From an uncultured delta proteobacterium (GTDB taxonomy: Bacteria > Myxococcota_A > Polyangia > Polyangiales > B10-G4): 64,000 bases of DNA. The DNA lies in assembly GCA_963727445.1 (NCBI GenBank), contig CAVSGI010000020.1, forward strand, positions 608,001 through 672,000, read 5' to 3'. Below are positions 29,654 through 39,998 of this stretch, one piece after another. The position numbers and the translations under genes are program-made. The notes beneath the pieces were generated by a model. That model worked only from the letters and a program-made list of their open reading frames with translations, was not told the origin of the DNA and ran no database searches. The stretch's first letter is position 1, and each line of letters opens with the position of its first letter.

Positions 29654-30499
29654 GTGACGGCGCTGGTGTACGTTGCGCTTCTCGTGGCCCCGGTCACGGG
29701 ATGTGGACGGATCGGCTTCGACGTCGGCTTGGACGCGACGTCGGATGCGGCGCTCGGCGACGGGGCGATGGATGGGGCCGGGATGGACGCCAGTGAGGGC
29801 GGCCTCGACGCCGCGCCGGACGTCTCCCTCGCCGACGGGGCGACCGACAGCGCTCCCGACGGGGCGATCGACGTGCGCACCGGCTTACTCTTCGAGCTCG
29901 CTTTCGATGACTCCACGACATCCGACACTTCGGGGGGCGGTCACGACGCACGCTGTGCGGGGATGGGGTGTCCAACGCTCGACCCGATGGGCGTCAGCGG
30001 GCAGGCCGCTTCCTTCGACGGGAGCGGTCAATACCTCGTCGTCGACGACGACGGCACCTTCGAGCTCGCTGGCGGGTTCACCGTCAGCACCTGGGTGAAC
30101 CTCTCGGCCGCGGTGGCACGGACCTGCTTCTTCACCAAGCCTCTCGGCGGGGCTTCCGAGAACTCCTTCGCGCTCTGCGCCGACGCGCAGGTTCCCTTCA
30201 TGTACGTGTGTGGCGCGGGGGGCTGCTCCCTGCAGAGCGCTTCCGTGTCGATGCCGCTCGACACCTGGTTCCACCTCGCCATCACCAACGATGGGATGAC
30301 GCAGCGCTTCTATGTCGATGGTGCGGAGGCTGCCCTCAGCACGATCGCGCTCGCCTTCGACAGCAGCGACGCGATGGTGGTGGGCGGCGACTCGGATGGC
30401 GGGCTGGCTTTCGCGATGACGGGGCTCCTCGACGAGATACGCGTCTACGACCGAGCCTTGTCGATGGACGAGATCGGCGTCCTCGCCACGCGGCCTTGA
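29654..30499 (+). CDS. LamG/concanavalin-like lipoprotein
   Basis: Lipobox [42 protein letters not shown]. Confidence 0.85.
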   Translation: MTALVYVALLVAPVTGCGRIGFDVGLDATSDAALGDGAMDGAGMDASEGGLDAAPDVSLADGATDSAPDGAIDVRTGLLFELAFDDSTTSDTSGGGHDARCAGMGCPTLDPMGVSGQAASFDGSGQYLVVDDDGTFELAGGFTVSTWVNLSAAVARTCFFTKPLGGASENSFALCADAQVPFMYVCGAGGCSLQSASVSMPLDTWFHLAITNDGMTQRFYVDGAEAALSTIALAFDSSDAMVVGGDSDGGLAFAMTGLLDEIRVYDRALSMDEIGVLATRP

Positions 30500-30606
30500 G
30501 GCCGCGAAGCCCAGGATCTGGTCAATGCCGGGTCGGCCGATCGACACGAGGGCCGGGTGGTGCGCCGTACTGCGGAGTCGAGTCTGCATTCGGAGCGTAC
30601 TGGCCG

Positions 30607-30622
30607 GGGCACGCCCTTTGCG
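30607..30622 (+). promoter_or_regulatory. Possible sigma54 promoter for the M23 lipoprotein gene
   Basis: GGGCACGCCCTTTGCG (GG-N10-GC), ~13 nt before in-frame GTG 30635. Confidence 0.45.
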
Positions 30623-30634
30623 ACGTGGGAGCTC

Positions 30635-31600
30635 GTGGGCTACCGCTTTCAAAGCATCTTCGTCGCATGGCTGGCCTTGTCGGCCGCGGCCTGCACCAAT
30701 ACCCCGCTGCCCTCCGACCGCCCGCCGCCGATGATGGAGAGCGCCGACGCCGGCACGGATTGGAGCGACGCGAGCGATCCAGATGCCGCGGCCCTGCCGG
30801 AGGACGCCGCCGCCTCCATGGCCGATTCCGGCTCGGCTCCGGACGCTGCGATGGAATGTCCCCGCGTCCGCATCACCACCGTCGGGCTCACCCTGAACGT
30901 TCGCCCCGATCCCTCGACCGCGGGCGATCCCATCGGCGCCCTCGACCCGGGCACGGTGGTGACGGTCGTCGACGTCACCCATGGCGAGATGGTGGACGGA
31001 GACGACGTCTGGTACGGCATCGAGACGGCGACGCTGATGGGTTACGTCAGCGGTCGTTTCGCCGAGTGCACCATGGAGGAGGAGACCTTCGCGTCCATGG
31101 ACGGCTTCTACCTGCCGCTCGAGTGCGGCATGCGCGTGCGCATCAGTCAGGGCAACAACGGCACCTACAGTCATCGAGGCAACAGCGCCTACGCCTTCGA
31201 CTTCTCCGTCCCGCTGAACACGCCGCTTCACGCGATCGCCGACGGCGTCGTGATCCTCGTTCAGGATGGGACGCATCCGGGCGACCCCTGCTACGACGGA
31301 GGCGGTCCGGAATGCGCCACCGAGGCGAACGGCGTCGTCGTCCGTCACGCCGATGGTCACGCGTCGCAGTACGCGCACTTGAACGCGGTACGCGTCAGCG
31401 AGGGGGACACCATCCGGCGAGGGACCGTCGTCGGGCTCTCGGGAAGCACCGGCTACTCGACCGGACCACATGCCCACGTTCAGCTGCAGGAGGTCTGTGG
31501 GTGGCTCTCCTGCCAATCGGTTCCGCTGCGTTTCGAGGACGTGCCGGGGGACGGCGTTCCTGAGACCGGCGACTACGTCACGTCGATGAACTGCCCCTGA
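30635..31600 (+). CDS. SH3 plus M23 peptidase lipoprotein
   Basis: Lipobox AAAC; LNVRPDPST SH3b-like; SHRGNSAYAFD, YAHL, STGPHAH; start could lie upstream (30557). Confidence 0.85.
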   Translation: MGYRFQSIFVAWLALSAAACTNTPLPSDRPPPMMESADAGTDWSDASDPDAAALPEDAAASMADSGSAPDAAMECPRVRITTVGLTLNVRPDPSTAGDPIGALDPGTVVTVVDVTHGEMVDGDDVWYGIETATLMGYVSGRFAECTMEEETFASMDGFYLPLECGMRVRISQGNNGTYSHRGNSAYAFDFSVPLNTPLHAIADGVVILVQDGTHPGDPCYDGGGPECATEANGVVVRHADGHASQYAHLNAVRVSEGDTIRRGTVVGLSGSTGYSTGPHAHVQLQEVCGWLSCQSVPLRFEDVPGDGVPETGDYVTSMNCP

Positions 31601-31634
31601 GGGCCGGGGTCGCCGGGAGCGGGTCGACCGGGGT

Positions 31635-31703
31635 TCAGAGCGCGAGGGCGAGGCGGGCGCGACTGCGGGCCCGGGCGCGGAAGAACTTGAGGATGCGTGT
31701 CAT
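31635..31703 (-). CDS. Putative 22-aa Arg-rich peptide MTRILKFFRARARSRARLALAL (or part of an sRNA)
   Basis: ATG 31703 to TGA 31635; purine-rich leader GAAAGAGAAAGAAACGGA; sigma54-type promoter directly upstream. Confidence 0.55.
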   Translation of the reverse strand: MTRILKFFRARARSRARLALAL

Positions 31704-31747
31704 TGGATTGTCCGTTTCTTTCTCTTTCGAGAGACACCCAAACACTG

Positions 31748-31763
31748 AGCAGTATTCGTGCCA
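31748..31763 (-). promoter_or_regulatory. sigma54 (-24/-12) promoter
   Basis: Minus strand TGGCACGAATACTGCT, exact GG-N10-GC spacing. Confidence 0.75.
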
Positions 31764-31859
31764 CGGGTGAGGCCACGGGGCCATGACGGAATCACGAGGC
31801 TTTTATGCCCTGATGTGGCCAATTGGAGCACACCCCGCGCCACATGGGTGGGGCCTTTT

Positions 31860-31910
31860 CGTAACAGGTGACGCTTTGTCGGTGTCTCGATTGGCGTAAC
31901 ACCTGTTACG
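31860..31910. promoter_or_regulatory. Pair of dyad sites, probable enhancer-binding-protein UAS
   Basis: CGTAACAggTGacgc (31860) and CGTAACAccTGTTACG (31895-31910); 11-bp perfect inverted repeat overall. Confidence 0.6.
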
Positions 31911-31984
31911 GCGGCCGGGCGGAAATCGGGCCGGCGAAGAGCGACGGATGAAACGTGGCTCCACGCGTTGTAGAACGACCAGCG

Positions 31985-32833
31985 ATGTCTCGACGGGCTC
32001 TCGCCATCCTCATCCTCCCCTCCTTCCTCGGCCTGGGCTGCGGCTCGGGATGCGAGCGACGAGAGGAGGATGCCCACGCCACGAGTGGGTCTCAAAGTGA
32101 GGCGCCGCGCTTCGGGACCGTCGAAGGGGTGGTGCGCATCGCGGCTGGCGCGGAGTTGCCGACAAATCCCGATCTGCGCACGCCGGCGCAGCCGCCGATG
32201 CCCGAGGCATGCACCCCGCCGCTTATCAGCGATCGCCAGCCCGTCACCATGGGCGACGATCGGCTCCTCGAGGGCATCCTCGTTCAAGCCTCGGATTTCT
32301 CGGAGCAGGCCATGGAGCAGGTGAAACGCGAGCCCGTGACGCACGAGCTCTTCATCCGCGACTGTCGCCTGACCCCACGCTTCATTCCTGCCGTCATCGG
32401 CGACACGCTGAAGCTCACCAACGAGACCGACTACCCCTTCATGCCCACGATGGGCGGAGGCGGCCTGATGCAGGCGGTGCTCTACCAGAACAGCCGGGAG
32501 TTTCCTCTCGACCGCGGTGGCATCTTCAGCATGACCTGCGGCTTCGCGGCGCCCTGTGGCCGTTCGGACATCGTCGTCGTCTTTCATCCCGTGCACACGG
32601 TCACCGGGGAGGGGGGCGTGTTCCGGATGGAGAACGTTCCCGCCGACGAAGACGTGTCCATCCACGCGTGGCATCCGCTCTTCGAGGACGTCTCTCAGAC
32701 GGTGCGGGTGGGCGCCGGGGAGACGACTCACATCGAGCTCGAGATCACGCCGGCGCCCCAGCCCGAGCCGCCGCCGCAAGAAGAAACCGAGGAGCCCACC
32801 GGGCCAGCTGAGAACCAGCCGGGTCTCTTCTGA
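31985..32833 (+). CDS. Lipoprotein with cupredoxin-like and carboxypeptidase-regulatory-like domains
   Basis: Lipobox LGC; CRLTPR..GDTLKLTN; HPVHTVTGEGGVFRMENVP..HAWHP. Confidence 0.65.
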   Translation: MSRRALAILILPSFLGLGCGSGCERREEDAHATSGSQSEAPRFGTVEGVVRIAAGAELPTNPDLRTPAQPPMPEACTPPLISDRQPVTMGDDRLLEGILVQASDFSEQAMEQVKREPVTHELFIRDCRLTPRFIPAVIGDTLKLTNETDYPFMPTMGGGGLMQAVLYQNSREFPLDRGGIFSMTCGFAAPCGRSDIVVVFHPVHTVTGEGGVFRMENVPADEDVSIHAWHPLFEDVSQTVRVGAGETTHIELEITPAPQPEPPPQEETEEPTGPAENQPGLF

Positions 32834-32883
32834 GCAGGGCCCTGGGCTTTACGCCCGGGTCCTCAGGGCCTACAAACGCCCGG

Positions 32884-33811
32884 ATGCGCAGGCTTCTCGT
32901 CCCCCTCATCCTCGCGGCCGCGAGCCCCGCCCTCGCGCAGGAGGTGATCGCCGAGGAGGAGCCGCCCGAGGACATCTGGGCGTACGACCGGCCCTTTCTC
33001 CAGGTCGCCACCGACTTCTCCTTCTTCACGGGCTCACAGACGGTGGATGCGGGTGCGCTCGGCCCGGTCAACGCCAATTACTTCGGGATGGCCTTCGTGC
33101 TCGCGGCGGAGGCGCGCGTGTACGACAACCTCTGGATCGAGGGCGCCTGGGGGTTCCCGCACGGCTCCTTCACCGTGCCCGATTCTGGCGATGCCCGCCA
33201 TGGGCGTGTCCGCCCCGAGCGGTGGCGGCACCAACGTCGGCAATCCCTATCTGGGCGCGTCGTACTTCATCGATGGAGACGCGGTGCGCCTCACCTTCGG
33301 TCTCGGCTTCACGATTCCGGTCGCCGACGCCGCGCAGGTCGGAGGGGGGATCGGGGCCGACCTTCCGAACGCGGGAGTGATCGTGTCGCGGATGGAGGGA
33401 GGCGTTCGTCCCTGGCTCTTTCTGCCGCAGACCTTCGCCATCGTCGGGCGCGGGCGTGTGGAGAGCGTCGGGCCGTGGCTCCTCGCTGCGGATCTCGCCG
33501 TGGCGCCGATGATCCCCGTGGACAGTCGGGGCGTGTACGACGGTCACGCGGAGCTGGTGCTGATCCCCGCGGCGGAGCTCGGCTGGCGCGCGAGCCCATG
33601 GCTGACCTTCGGCGTTCGCGGGCAGGTCTCCGTCGTGCCGACCCAGACCGACGAGACCCTCGGATCCCTCGAGCCCTTCATCGAAGCCAAGAAGCGCGAT
33701 ATCGGCCATTTCCGCGTCGGCTTCGTGGTGCACCTGGGCGGCCCCAACGGCGCGACTTTCGACACCAACGGCTTGTGGGCGCTCCGTCTCACCGCCGGCA
33801 TGCTCTTCTGA
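32884..33811 (+). CDS. Probable outer-membrane beta-barrel protein (one frameshift near 33180)
   Basis: Signal peptide in one frame, continuation NVGNPYLGASY...ALRLTAGMLF (terminal Phe) in another. Confidence 0.6.
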
Positions 33812-33823
33812 GGGGCCGCAGGC

Positions 33824-34726
33824 TCAGCGGCGCACAAGCCCCAGCCCCTCACCCAGCGCCTCTGCGAGGAAGTCGACGAAGACCCGAACCTTCGGGGTGA
33901 GATGATGCCGGCTCGGGTAGACGGCGTAGAGGCCCCCTTCGCGTATCGCGTAGGCCGGCAACACCTGCTCGAGGCGTCCCTCCCGCAGGTCGTGCTGAAC
34001 GTAGGGCTCGAGCATCACGCCGATCCCGAGGCCCGCACGCAACAGCGCGTGAAGCACACCCCACTCGTTGGCGACGAACCAGGGCTTCTGCGGGATGGGC
34101 TCCCGACCCTCGGGGCCCATCAGCCGCCACTCCATCGGTCGGGCGTCGACGCCCATCATCACCAGGTCGTGATCGACGAGCTCGGCAATGCGCCGGGGCC
34201 GGCCGCGGCTGTCGAGATAGGTAGGGCTCGCACAGAGGATCACGTCGGAGGAGGCGAGCTTCCTGGCCACGTATCCCGCGTCCTCGAGCAATCCGCCGCG
34301 AAGCGCCACGTCGATGCCTTCGGCAACCATGTCGACGCGACCCTGGGTGAGCAGGAGCTGGATCGTGATCTCCGGATAGCGCGCGCGAAACGCGGGCAGG
34401 AGCGGCACCAGCTGATCGCGACCGAGGTCGAAAGCAGCGCTCACGCGAAGCTCGCCCTTCGGATGACCCGCGACGTCGAGCGCCACGCGCTCGGCCTCCT
34501 CCATCTCTTCGATCGCATGGCGGCAGCGCGCGTAATAGGCCTCGCCGGTGGCGGTGAGCGCCAAGCGGCGCGTGGTACGCTGCAGCAGGCGCGCGCCCAG
34601 ATGCTCCTCGAGCCGAGTGACCTGTCGGCTCAAGGTCGACTTCGGGACCCCCATGCGACGTCCTGCCTCCGTGAAGCTCCCTGCCCGCACCACGGCGACG
34701 AAGGCCAGTGTCTCTGCAATTCTCAT
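33824..34726 (-). CDS. LysR-family transcriptional regulator (CrgA-like)
   Basis: GSFTEAGRRMGVPKSTLSRQVTRLEEHLGARLLQRTTR; PKVRVFVDFL. Confidence 0.93.
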   Translation of the reverse strand: MRIAETLAFVAVVRAGSFTEAGRRMGVPKSTLSRQVTRLEEHLGARLLQRTTRRLALTATGEAYYARCRHAIEEMEEAERVALDVAGHPKGELRVSAAFDLGRDQLVPLLPAFRARYPEITIQLLLTQGRVDMVAEGIDVALRGGLLEDAGYVARKLASSDVILCASPTYLDSRGRPRRIAELVDHDLVMMGVDARPMEWRLMGPEGREPIPQKPWFVANEWGVLHALLRAGLGIGVMLEPYVQHDLREGRLEQVLPAYAIREGGLYAVYPSRHHLTPKVRVFVDFLAEALGEGLGLVRR

Positions 34727-34727
34727 T

Positions 34728-34783
34728 GTTGATATCGTGCAACGATGAGTCGAAGAATAGAGGTCTAGTTGATCATGATCAAC
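34728..34783. promoter_or_regulatory. Two GTTG-N8-CAAC dyads in the LysR divergent intergenic region
   Basis: gttgatatcgtgcaac (34728-34743) and perfect palindrome gttgatcatgatcaac (34768-34783). Confidence 0.6.
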
Positions 34784-34813
34784 GGTGGCAGGTTGAGCGG
34801 AGGAGGAAACACC

Positions 34814-35260
34814 ATGAAGAACCTGTTCATCGCTCTCGCCCTCATCCTCGCCCCGTCGGCATGCTCCAGCAGCACACCCAAGGCGCGCACCATCGACCTG
34901 GCGGCCCTCGCCGAGGCGCACGACGCAGCCTGGAATCGTCACGATCCCGAGGCCATGGCGGCGCTCTTCGCCGAGGACGGCACCTTGGTGACGCCCCGGG
35001 GAACGCGGGCCGAGGGGCAGCAGGAGCTGCTCACCCTTCTGTCCCAGCCCGGTCCCACGCGCGAAACCACCTCGACGACCCGATTCGGTGACGTGCAGTG
35101 GCTCGCCGACGACCTCGTTCTGCTGGACGGCGTGCAGACGCTCGACGGACCAGGGGTGGAGCAGATGGGGGGCGCCTCGGAGGCCCACGTCGTCGCGATC
35201 GCACGCCACGTCGGCGACGACTGGCGTCTGGTCGCCGCCCGTCCCTACATGGCACGGTGA
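34814..35260 (+). CDS. SnoaL/NTF2-like (SgcJ/EcaC-type) lipoprotein
   Basis: GGAGGAGG Shine-Dalgarno; lipobox PSAC; AWNRHDPEAMAALFAEDG; DWRLV. Confidence 0.8.
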   Translation: MKNLFIALALILAPSACSSSTPKARTIDLAALAEAHDAAWNRHDPEAMAALFAEDGTLVTPRGTRAEGQQELLTLLSQPGPTRETTSTTRFGDVQWLADDLVLLDGVQTLDGPGVEQMGGASEAHVVAIARHVGDDWRLVAARPYMAR

Positions 35261-35308
35261 AAAGGGGCCTCATGGGTCCCGAGCACCCGAATGCAGTAGA
35301 ATGGAGCT

Positions 35309-36511
35309 TTGCGCCGTCTCGTACCTCTTTGCTCCTGTTCGGCTGCCGCGATGCTCCTGCTCGCGAGCTGCGGTACGGAGCCCATCGTCGTCACGGTCGA
35401 CGTGCGTACCGATTTCGTCCCAGGTGTGGACTTCGTCCAGGTGGTGACAGAGTTCTCCCGGGCCGAGGCGGACCTCGGGACGGAGGTGCGCGAGACGGCG
35501 ATGATGGTCAGCGGGACGGAGGACTTCCTGGATGGGGTGCGAGCCGCCGAGGTCCACGACGTGCTCCCCGGAGACGTGGCCGTTCGTGTGCGTCTGGTAG
35601 ACGGCGGAGGCCGCAACATCGGCGACCGCGAGGTGATCCTGACCATCGACCGCTCCTATGCGGCCACCGTGCTCATCACGAGCAACTGCGTCGGGGTCAC
35701 GTGTCCGGCTCCGGCGGGCAGCGCGGCGCTGACCGAGTGTCTCGACGCGGAGTGCATCGACCCCCGCTGTAGCGCCCAATCCCTCGAGCTCTGCCCGCCA
35801 CCCTGTGAGGCCAACGCCGATTGTGCCCCGACCGCCTCGTGTCGCGACCGCCGCTGCATCCAGGGCGTGTGCTTCTGTGCAGAAGGCACGATGACGGTCG
35901 AGGACGCAGGGCCGGTGGACACCGGCGTGATCGACGCCGGGGACACGGGCCCCGTGGACACCGGACCGGTTTGCGAGTGCACACCGATGCAGACCGACAA
36001 TCGCGTCATGCAATGCGGCAACTGCGACAGCGGCACGCGCAACGGCGTGCGAACCTGCGGGGCCGACTGCATGTGGGGCGCGTGGACCGATGGTGCGTGC
36101 ACCGGCGCGACCGGCTGCATGCCCGGGGCGACCGAGACGAGAATGGTGAGCTGCGGCAACTGCGGCACCGGGACGAAGCAGCAGACGCGAACCTGCAGTG
36201 CGAGCTGCGGGTGGGGCTCGTGGGGTGGCGGGACGTGCACGGGTGCCACCGGGTGTAATCCGGGCTCGACCCGGCCCTGTCCGAACGGAGACTCGTGCGG
36301 CTCGCTGGTGTGTCGCTCCGACTGCACCTGGAGCGCCTGCCAGCCCACGCCGGGATCGAGCCAGTGCTTGAGAATCGGTCCTGGCCACACCATGGAGGGC
36401 ACCAACTTCCGGTGCTGTGGGACCTACATGTGGCAGTACTGCTTGCCGGGGTGCGTGTGGAGCACCGACTGCAGCCCCTGCTCGTCGAGCAACTGTCCGA
36501 GCTGCGGCTGA
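35309..36511 (+). CDS. Cys-rich lipoprotein with internal repeats
   Basis: Lipobox LASC; repeated CGNC..RTC..CxWGxWxxGxCTGATGCxPG units. Confidence 0.75.
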   Translation: MRRLVPLCSCSAAAMLLLASCGTEPIVVTVDVRTDFVPGVDFVQVVTEFSRAEADLGTEVRETAMMVSGTEDFLDGVRAAEVHDVLPGDVAVRVRLVDGGGRNIGDREVILTIDRSYAATVLITSNCVGVTCPAPAGSAALTECLDAECIDPRCSAQSLELCPPPCEANADCAPTASCRDRRCIQGVCFCAEGTMTVEDAGPVDTGVIDAGDTGPVDTGPVCECTPMQTDNRVMQCGNCDSGTRNGVRTCGADCMWGAWTDGACTGATGCMPGATETRMVSCGNCGTGTKQQTRTCSASCGWGSWGGGTCTGATGCNPGSTRPCPNGDSCGSLVCRSDCTWSACQPTPGSSQCLRIGPGHTMEGTNFRCCGTYMWQYCLPGCVWSTDCSPCSSSNCPSCG

Positions 36512-36518
36512 GCGCGCT

Positions 36519-38001
36519 TCAGGCGACGACCGGCAGGCCGGCCTTGTTCGCGGGCCGCTCGGGCAGGGCGTCGAAGGCGTTCTTCCAATCGCGGAATCGA
36601 CCGCCGGCGTGGACGGCGTCGAGGACAGCCCGCCCTTCGGCGATGCCGCCCTGCGCGAGGACGTATTCGATCCACGCCCAGCGCGCGCTGGTGGCGCGGA
36701 TGTCGACGCGGCCCTTCACCCCGCGGCGCAGCCGCGACAGGCGCTTCTCCACGACCTTGATGCCCGCGAAGGGCTGATTGTCGAGGGGGGTGCGACGCTT
36801 GGAGACGAAAGGCGCGATGCCCAGCGACAGGGGAGCGATTCTTGGACAGCTCGGTCGAGAACTCGATGAGCTCGTCGACGTCCTCGTCGGTTTCACCCGG
36901 CAGCCCGATGATCATGTAGAGCTTCAGCCGGTTGAAGCCGTGGTTCCGCACGTGCTCCGCGGCACGGATCAGGTGCTTCTGCTTCGCTTTACGGTCGACG
37001 AGATCGCGCATGCGCTGGCTCGCCCCGTCCATCGCGGTGGTGAGGGTCTTGTGGCCGGCGCGGCGCAGCGCGGCGACGAACTCGTCCTTGAGCTTGTCGG
37101 GGCGAAGGGACGACAGGCCCACCTCGCGCCCCTGGTCCGCGAGCGTGTTGACCAGATCCGTGATCTTCGGGTGGTCGCTGATCGCCGCGCCCACCAGGCC
37201 CACGCGTCGCGCGTGCTCGGGGATCAGCGCCAGCACCTCTTCGATCGGCACGATTCGCATGCCGCCGTTGGTGCTGCGCCGCATCACGCAGTACTGGCAT
37301 CCGCGCGAGCATCCACGTTCGCCTTCCACCAGGAACATGTCTCGCAGCTCGGTGTTGGGTGTGATGATCTGCGCGTAGGCGGGGATCCGAGACGACTTGC
37401 CGAGCTGCGGGAGGGTCTCGCCGTGGACGCTCGGGATCCACGCGCAATCGAGCTCCTTTTCGAGCGCCGCGAGCGCTTCGGCGTGCGTCGGGGAGGAGAA
37501 GATGACGTCGAGGGCGGTGTGGATCGTCTCGTCCGCTTCGCCGAGGAGCACCGCGTCGACGTAGGGCGCGAGGGGAACCGGGTTCGAGAAGGTGAGCGGG
37601 CCGCCCGCCAGGATGAAGGGATGTCGCTCGTCCCGATCTTCGGCGAGCGGCGGGATGCCGGCCAGCTCGAGCGCCTTGATCATCCCGGCGAGCTCGATCT
37701 CGTAGGCGACGGAGATCGCCACCACGGCGTGGTCGCCGACCGGGCGCTCCGACTCGAAGGTGAACAGGGGGGTCCGGCTCTTCTCGTAGGCGGCGACGTC
37801 GTCGGGCAGGAACGCGCGCTCCGCGACCCTGGCCGGGGCGGCGTTGATCTCGCGATACATCGCTTGATAGCCGAGGGAGCTCATCCCGGCCCGGTAAGGG
37901 CTGGGGTAGAGAAGCGCCACCCGCTCGGGTGCATCCTTGATGATGGTGCCCTTCTCGTCGCTCAACAGGGCACGCACCTGCTGCTTCAGATCACTGCTCA
38001 C
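36519..38001 (-). CDS. Radical SAM protein with B12-binding-like N-terminus (one frameshift near 36840)
   Basis: YPSPYRAGMSSLG, LAGGP..NP, RGCSRGCQYC, YMIIGLPGET; continuation IAPFVSKRRTP. Confidence 0.85.
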
Positions 38002-38546
38002 GCGCGGCGAGTATGGAGCCCAGCGCGCGATTGAGCCAGCCGCGGCGCTTGCGAGATCACGCGGGCCGGCACGCCTGCGACCGTGGCATCCGCCGGGACA
38101 TCATGGGTGACGACCGCGCCGGCGCCCACGCGCGCTCCATGTCCCACGTGGACGTGACCGACGAGCCGTGCTCCATCTCCGAGAAAGACGTCGTCTCCGA
38201 CGACGGGTGTGCCCGATTCGACCCCGAGGAAACGAACCTCGCCGTACACCGAGCATCGTTCGCCGAGGCGGGTCCCCTCGGCGAAGAGCACCCCGCGGGG
38301 ATGCGGCAGGAAGAGCCCGGCGCCGATGGACACTTTGGGCGCCATCTCCACGCCGTGGGCGTGAAGCAGGGTGCGGTAGGCCAGCACCGTCGACCGGCCT
38401 CGCCTCTCGAGGAGCTGGTAGAGACGGATCCAGGCGAGCGCACCAAAGCGGTCGGGAACCATGAACGCGCGGGCGAGGCGGCGCCGGGTGAGCTTTTGGC
38501 CGTTTCGTGCGAAATCCTGAGAGAGCGCGGACCAGAAGTCCTGCAT
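37998..38546 (-). CDS. Serine acetyltransferase-like hexapeptide-repeat protein
   Basis: IGAGLFLPHPRG, PVVGDDVFLG, VGAGAVVTHDVP..VAGVPAR. Confidence 0.8.
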   Translation of the reverse strand: MQDFWSALSQDFARNGQKLTRRRLARAFMVPDRFGALAWIRLYQLLERRGRSTVLAYRTLLHAHGVEMAPKVSIGAGLFLPHPRGVLFAEGTRLGERCSVYGEVRFLGVESGTPVVGDDVFLGDGARLVGHVHVGHGARVGAGAVVTHDVPADATVAGVPARVISQAPRLAQSRAGLHTRRA

Positions 38547-38608
38547 GCTCGGGTTCTAGGAGCATCAGGAGCGGATGCAAGCCGCGGTTGGAGGGCGAGG
38601 CGAACGCT

Positions 38609-39415
38609 TCAGTTCACGCTCTGGAAGATCCGATCCCAGCGATAGCCAGTGTGTGGATCCGTCGACCAGTAGAGCACCAGCGCATGCCCTTTGACCCGAT
38701 TGATCGGTACGGGACCGAAGAACCGGCTGTCGTTGCTGCGATCGCGGTGGTCGCCGAGGATGTAGATGTAGCCCTGGGGAACCTCGGTCGGGCCGTGGTT
38801 GCTCGGGGGGCTGGTGAGATCGCGGCTGGTGCGGTAGGTGAAGTCGCCGGCGTCCTCGGAGATGCACTCGCTGGTGGCACCGCGCAGATAGGGCACGAGC
38901 TCCGAACAGGGTCCGAGCTCCCGCGTCGAGACCGCCTCGCCATTGCGGTAGAGGATGTCGTCGCGCATCTCGATGGTGTCACCCGGCAGGCCCACCACGC
39001 GCTTGACGATGTCGATGTTGTCGTGAGGGCTCTTCACGATCACCACGTCGCCTACGTGGGGCACGCCCCAGTTGAGCACCGCGCTATCCGTGAAGGGCAA
39101 GAAGAGGCCGTAGGAGAACTTGGCCACGACCACGCGGTCGCCGTTGAGCAGCGTCGGCTCCATCGACGGCCCTTCGATCTCGAACGCCTCGAAGAGCACG
39201 ATGCGAATGAAGATCGCGAGGAGCACCGCGCCCACGATGGTCTTGGTGTTCGCCTTGGTGCGTTCCCAGCGCGTCTCTTCGTCGGCCGCGGCTTCCTCGC
39301 GCCGCTTGGCCTTCGCCGGCACCAACTTCTCGGGCGTCTTCGCCTTCGGCGATTTGGCCTTCGCCTTCGCCTCGTCATCCGCGGGCTTGGCAGCTTTTGC
39401 CGATCCCTTGGCCAC
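38609..39415 (-). CDS. lepB: Signal peptidase I
   Basis: GPSMEPTL (Ser), IVKRVVGLPGD (Lys), GDHRDRSNDSR. Confidence 0.95.
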   Translation of the reverse strand: MAKGSAKAAKPADDEAKAKAKSPKAKTPEKLVPAKAKRREEAAADEETRWERTKANTKTIVGAVLLAIFIRIVLFEAFEIEGPSMEPTLLNGDRVVVAKFSYGLFLPFTDSAVLNWGVPHVGDVVIVKSPHDNIDIVKRVVGLPGDTIEMRDDILYRNGEAVSTRELGPCSELVPYLRGATSECISEDAGDFTYRTSRDLTSPPSNHGPTEVPQGYIYILGDHRDRSNDSRFFGPVPINRVKGHALVLYWSTDPHTGYRWDRIFQSVN

Positions 39416-39419
39416 GATT

Positions 39420-39998
39420 CTACCCGTGCACCGTCGGGCCGAGCGCGAGCTCGCCGACGACCTCCGCTTCGCGGGCGGCCATGGTTTCGAGACGCGCGCG
39501 CGTCCCTTCTTTGCCGAAGATCTGCTCCGCCAGAGAGACGAAGAGTCGATGATGACGCGCTTCGGATGCCATCAGGTCGCGGTAGAAGGCGGCGAGCTCG
39601 GGCTCGTCGAGGCCCTCTGCGAGGAGCTTGAAGCGCTCGCAGGAGCGCGCCTCGATCAACGCCGCCACGATCAGGCGATCGAGAAGCGGCGAGGAGGAAT
39701 CAGGCTTCGCCGCGCGCATCAGGGCGGCGACGTAGGCATCGGGCTCGGGCGGATGCACGCGCACGCCGCGCGCGTGAGCCTCGGCGATCACCCCGTGGAA
39801 GTGCTCGGTCTCCTCCTTCGCGAGGGCGAGCAGCGGCTCGACCAGCTCCGGGTGCGCGCCTGCGTTGCGGCCCACGAGCGACAGGGCGCTCTGCGCGGCC
39901 TTCAGCTCGCAATGTGCGTGGTCGACCAGGAGTCGCGGCAGGTCGGCCCGAGCGGCTTCCACCCAGGTCGGGTCGGTGGGTTTGAGCAGGCCTAGCAT
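39420..39998 (-). CDS. miaE: tRNA ms2i6A37 hydroxylase
   Basis: DHAHCELKAA, EETEH, IEARSCERF, SEARH di-iron motifs. Confidence 0.92.
   Translation of the reverse strand: MLGLLKPTDPTWVEAARADLPRLLVDHAHCELKAAQSALSLVGRNAGAHPELVEPLLALAKEETEHFHGVIAEAHARGVRVHPPEPDAYVAALMRAAKPDSSSPLLDRLIVAALIEARSCERFKLLAEGLDEPELAAFYRDLMASEARHHRLFVSLAEQIFGKEGTRARLETMAAREAEVVGELALGPTVHG

Noticed and set aside
31573..31776. 67-aa minus-strand ORF in the intergenic gap
   Set aside because: It starts upstream of and runs through the sigma54 promoter and overlaps the M23 stop; the 22-aa ORF fits the promoter and leader better
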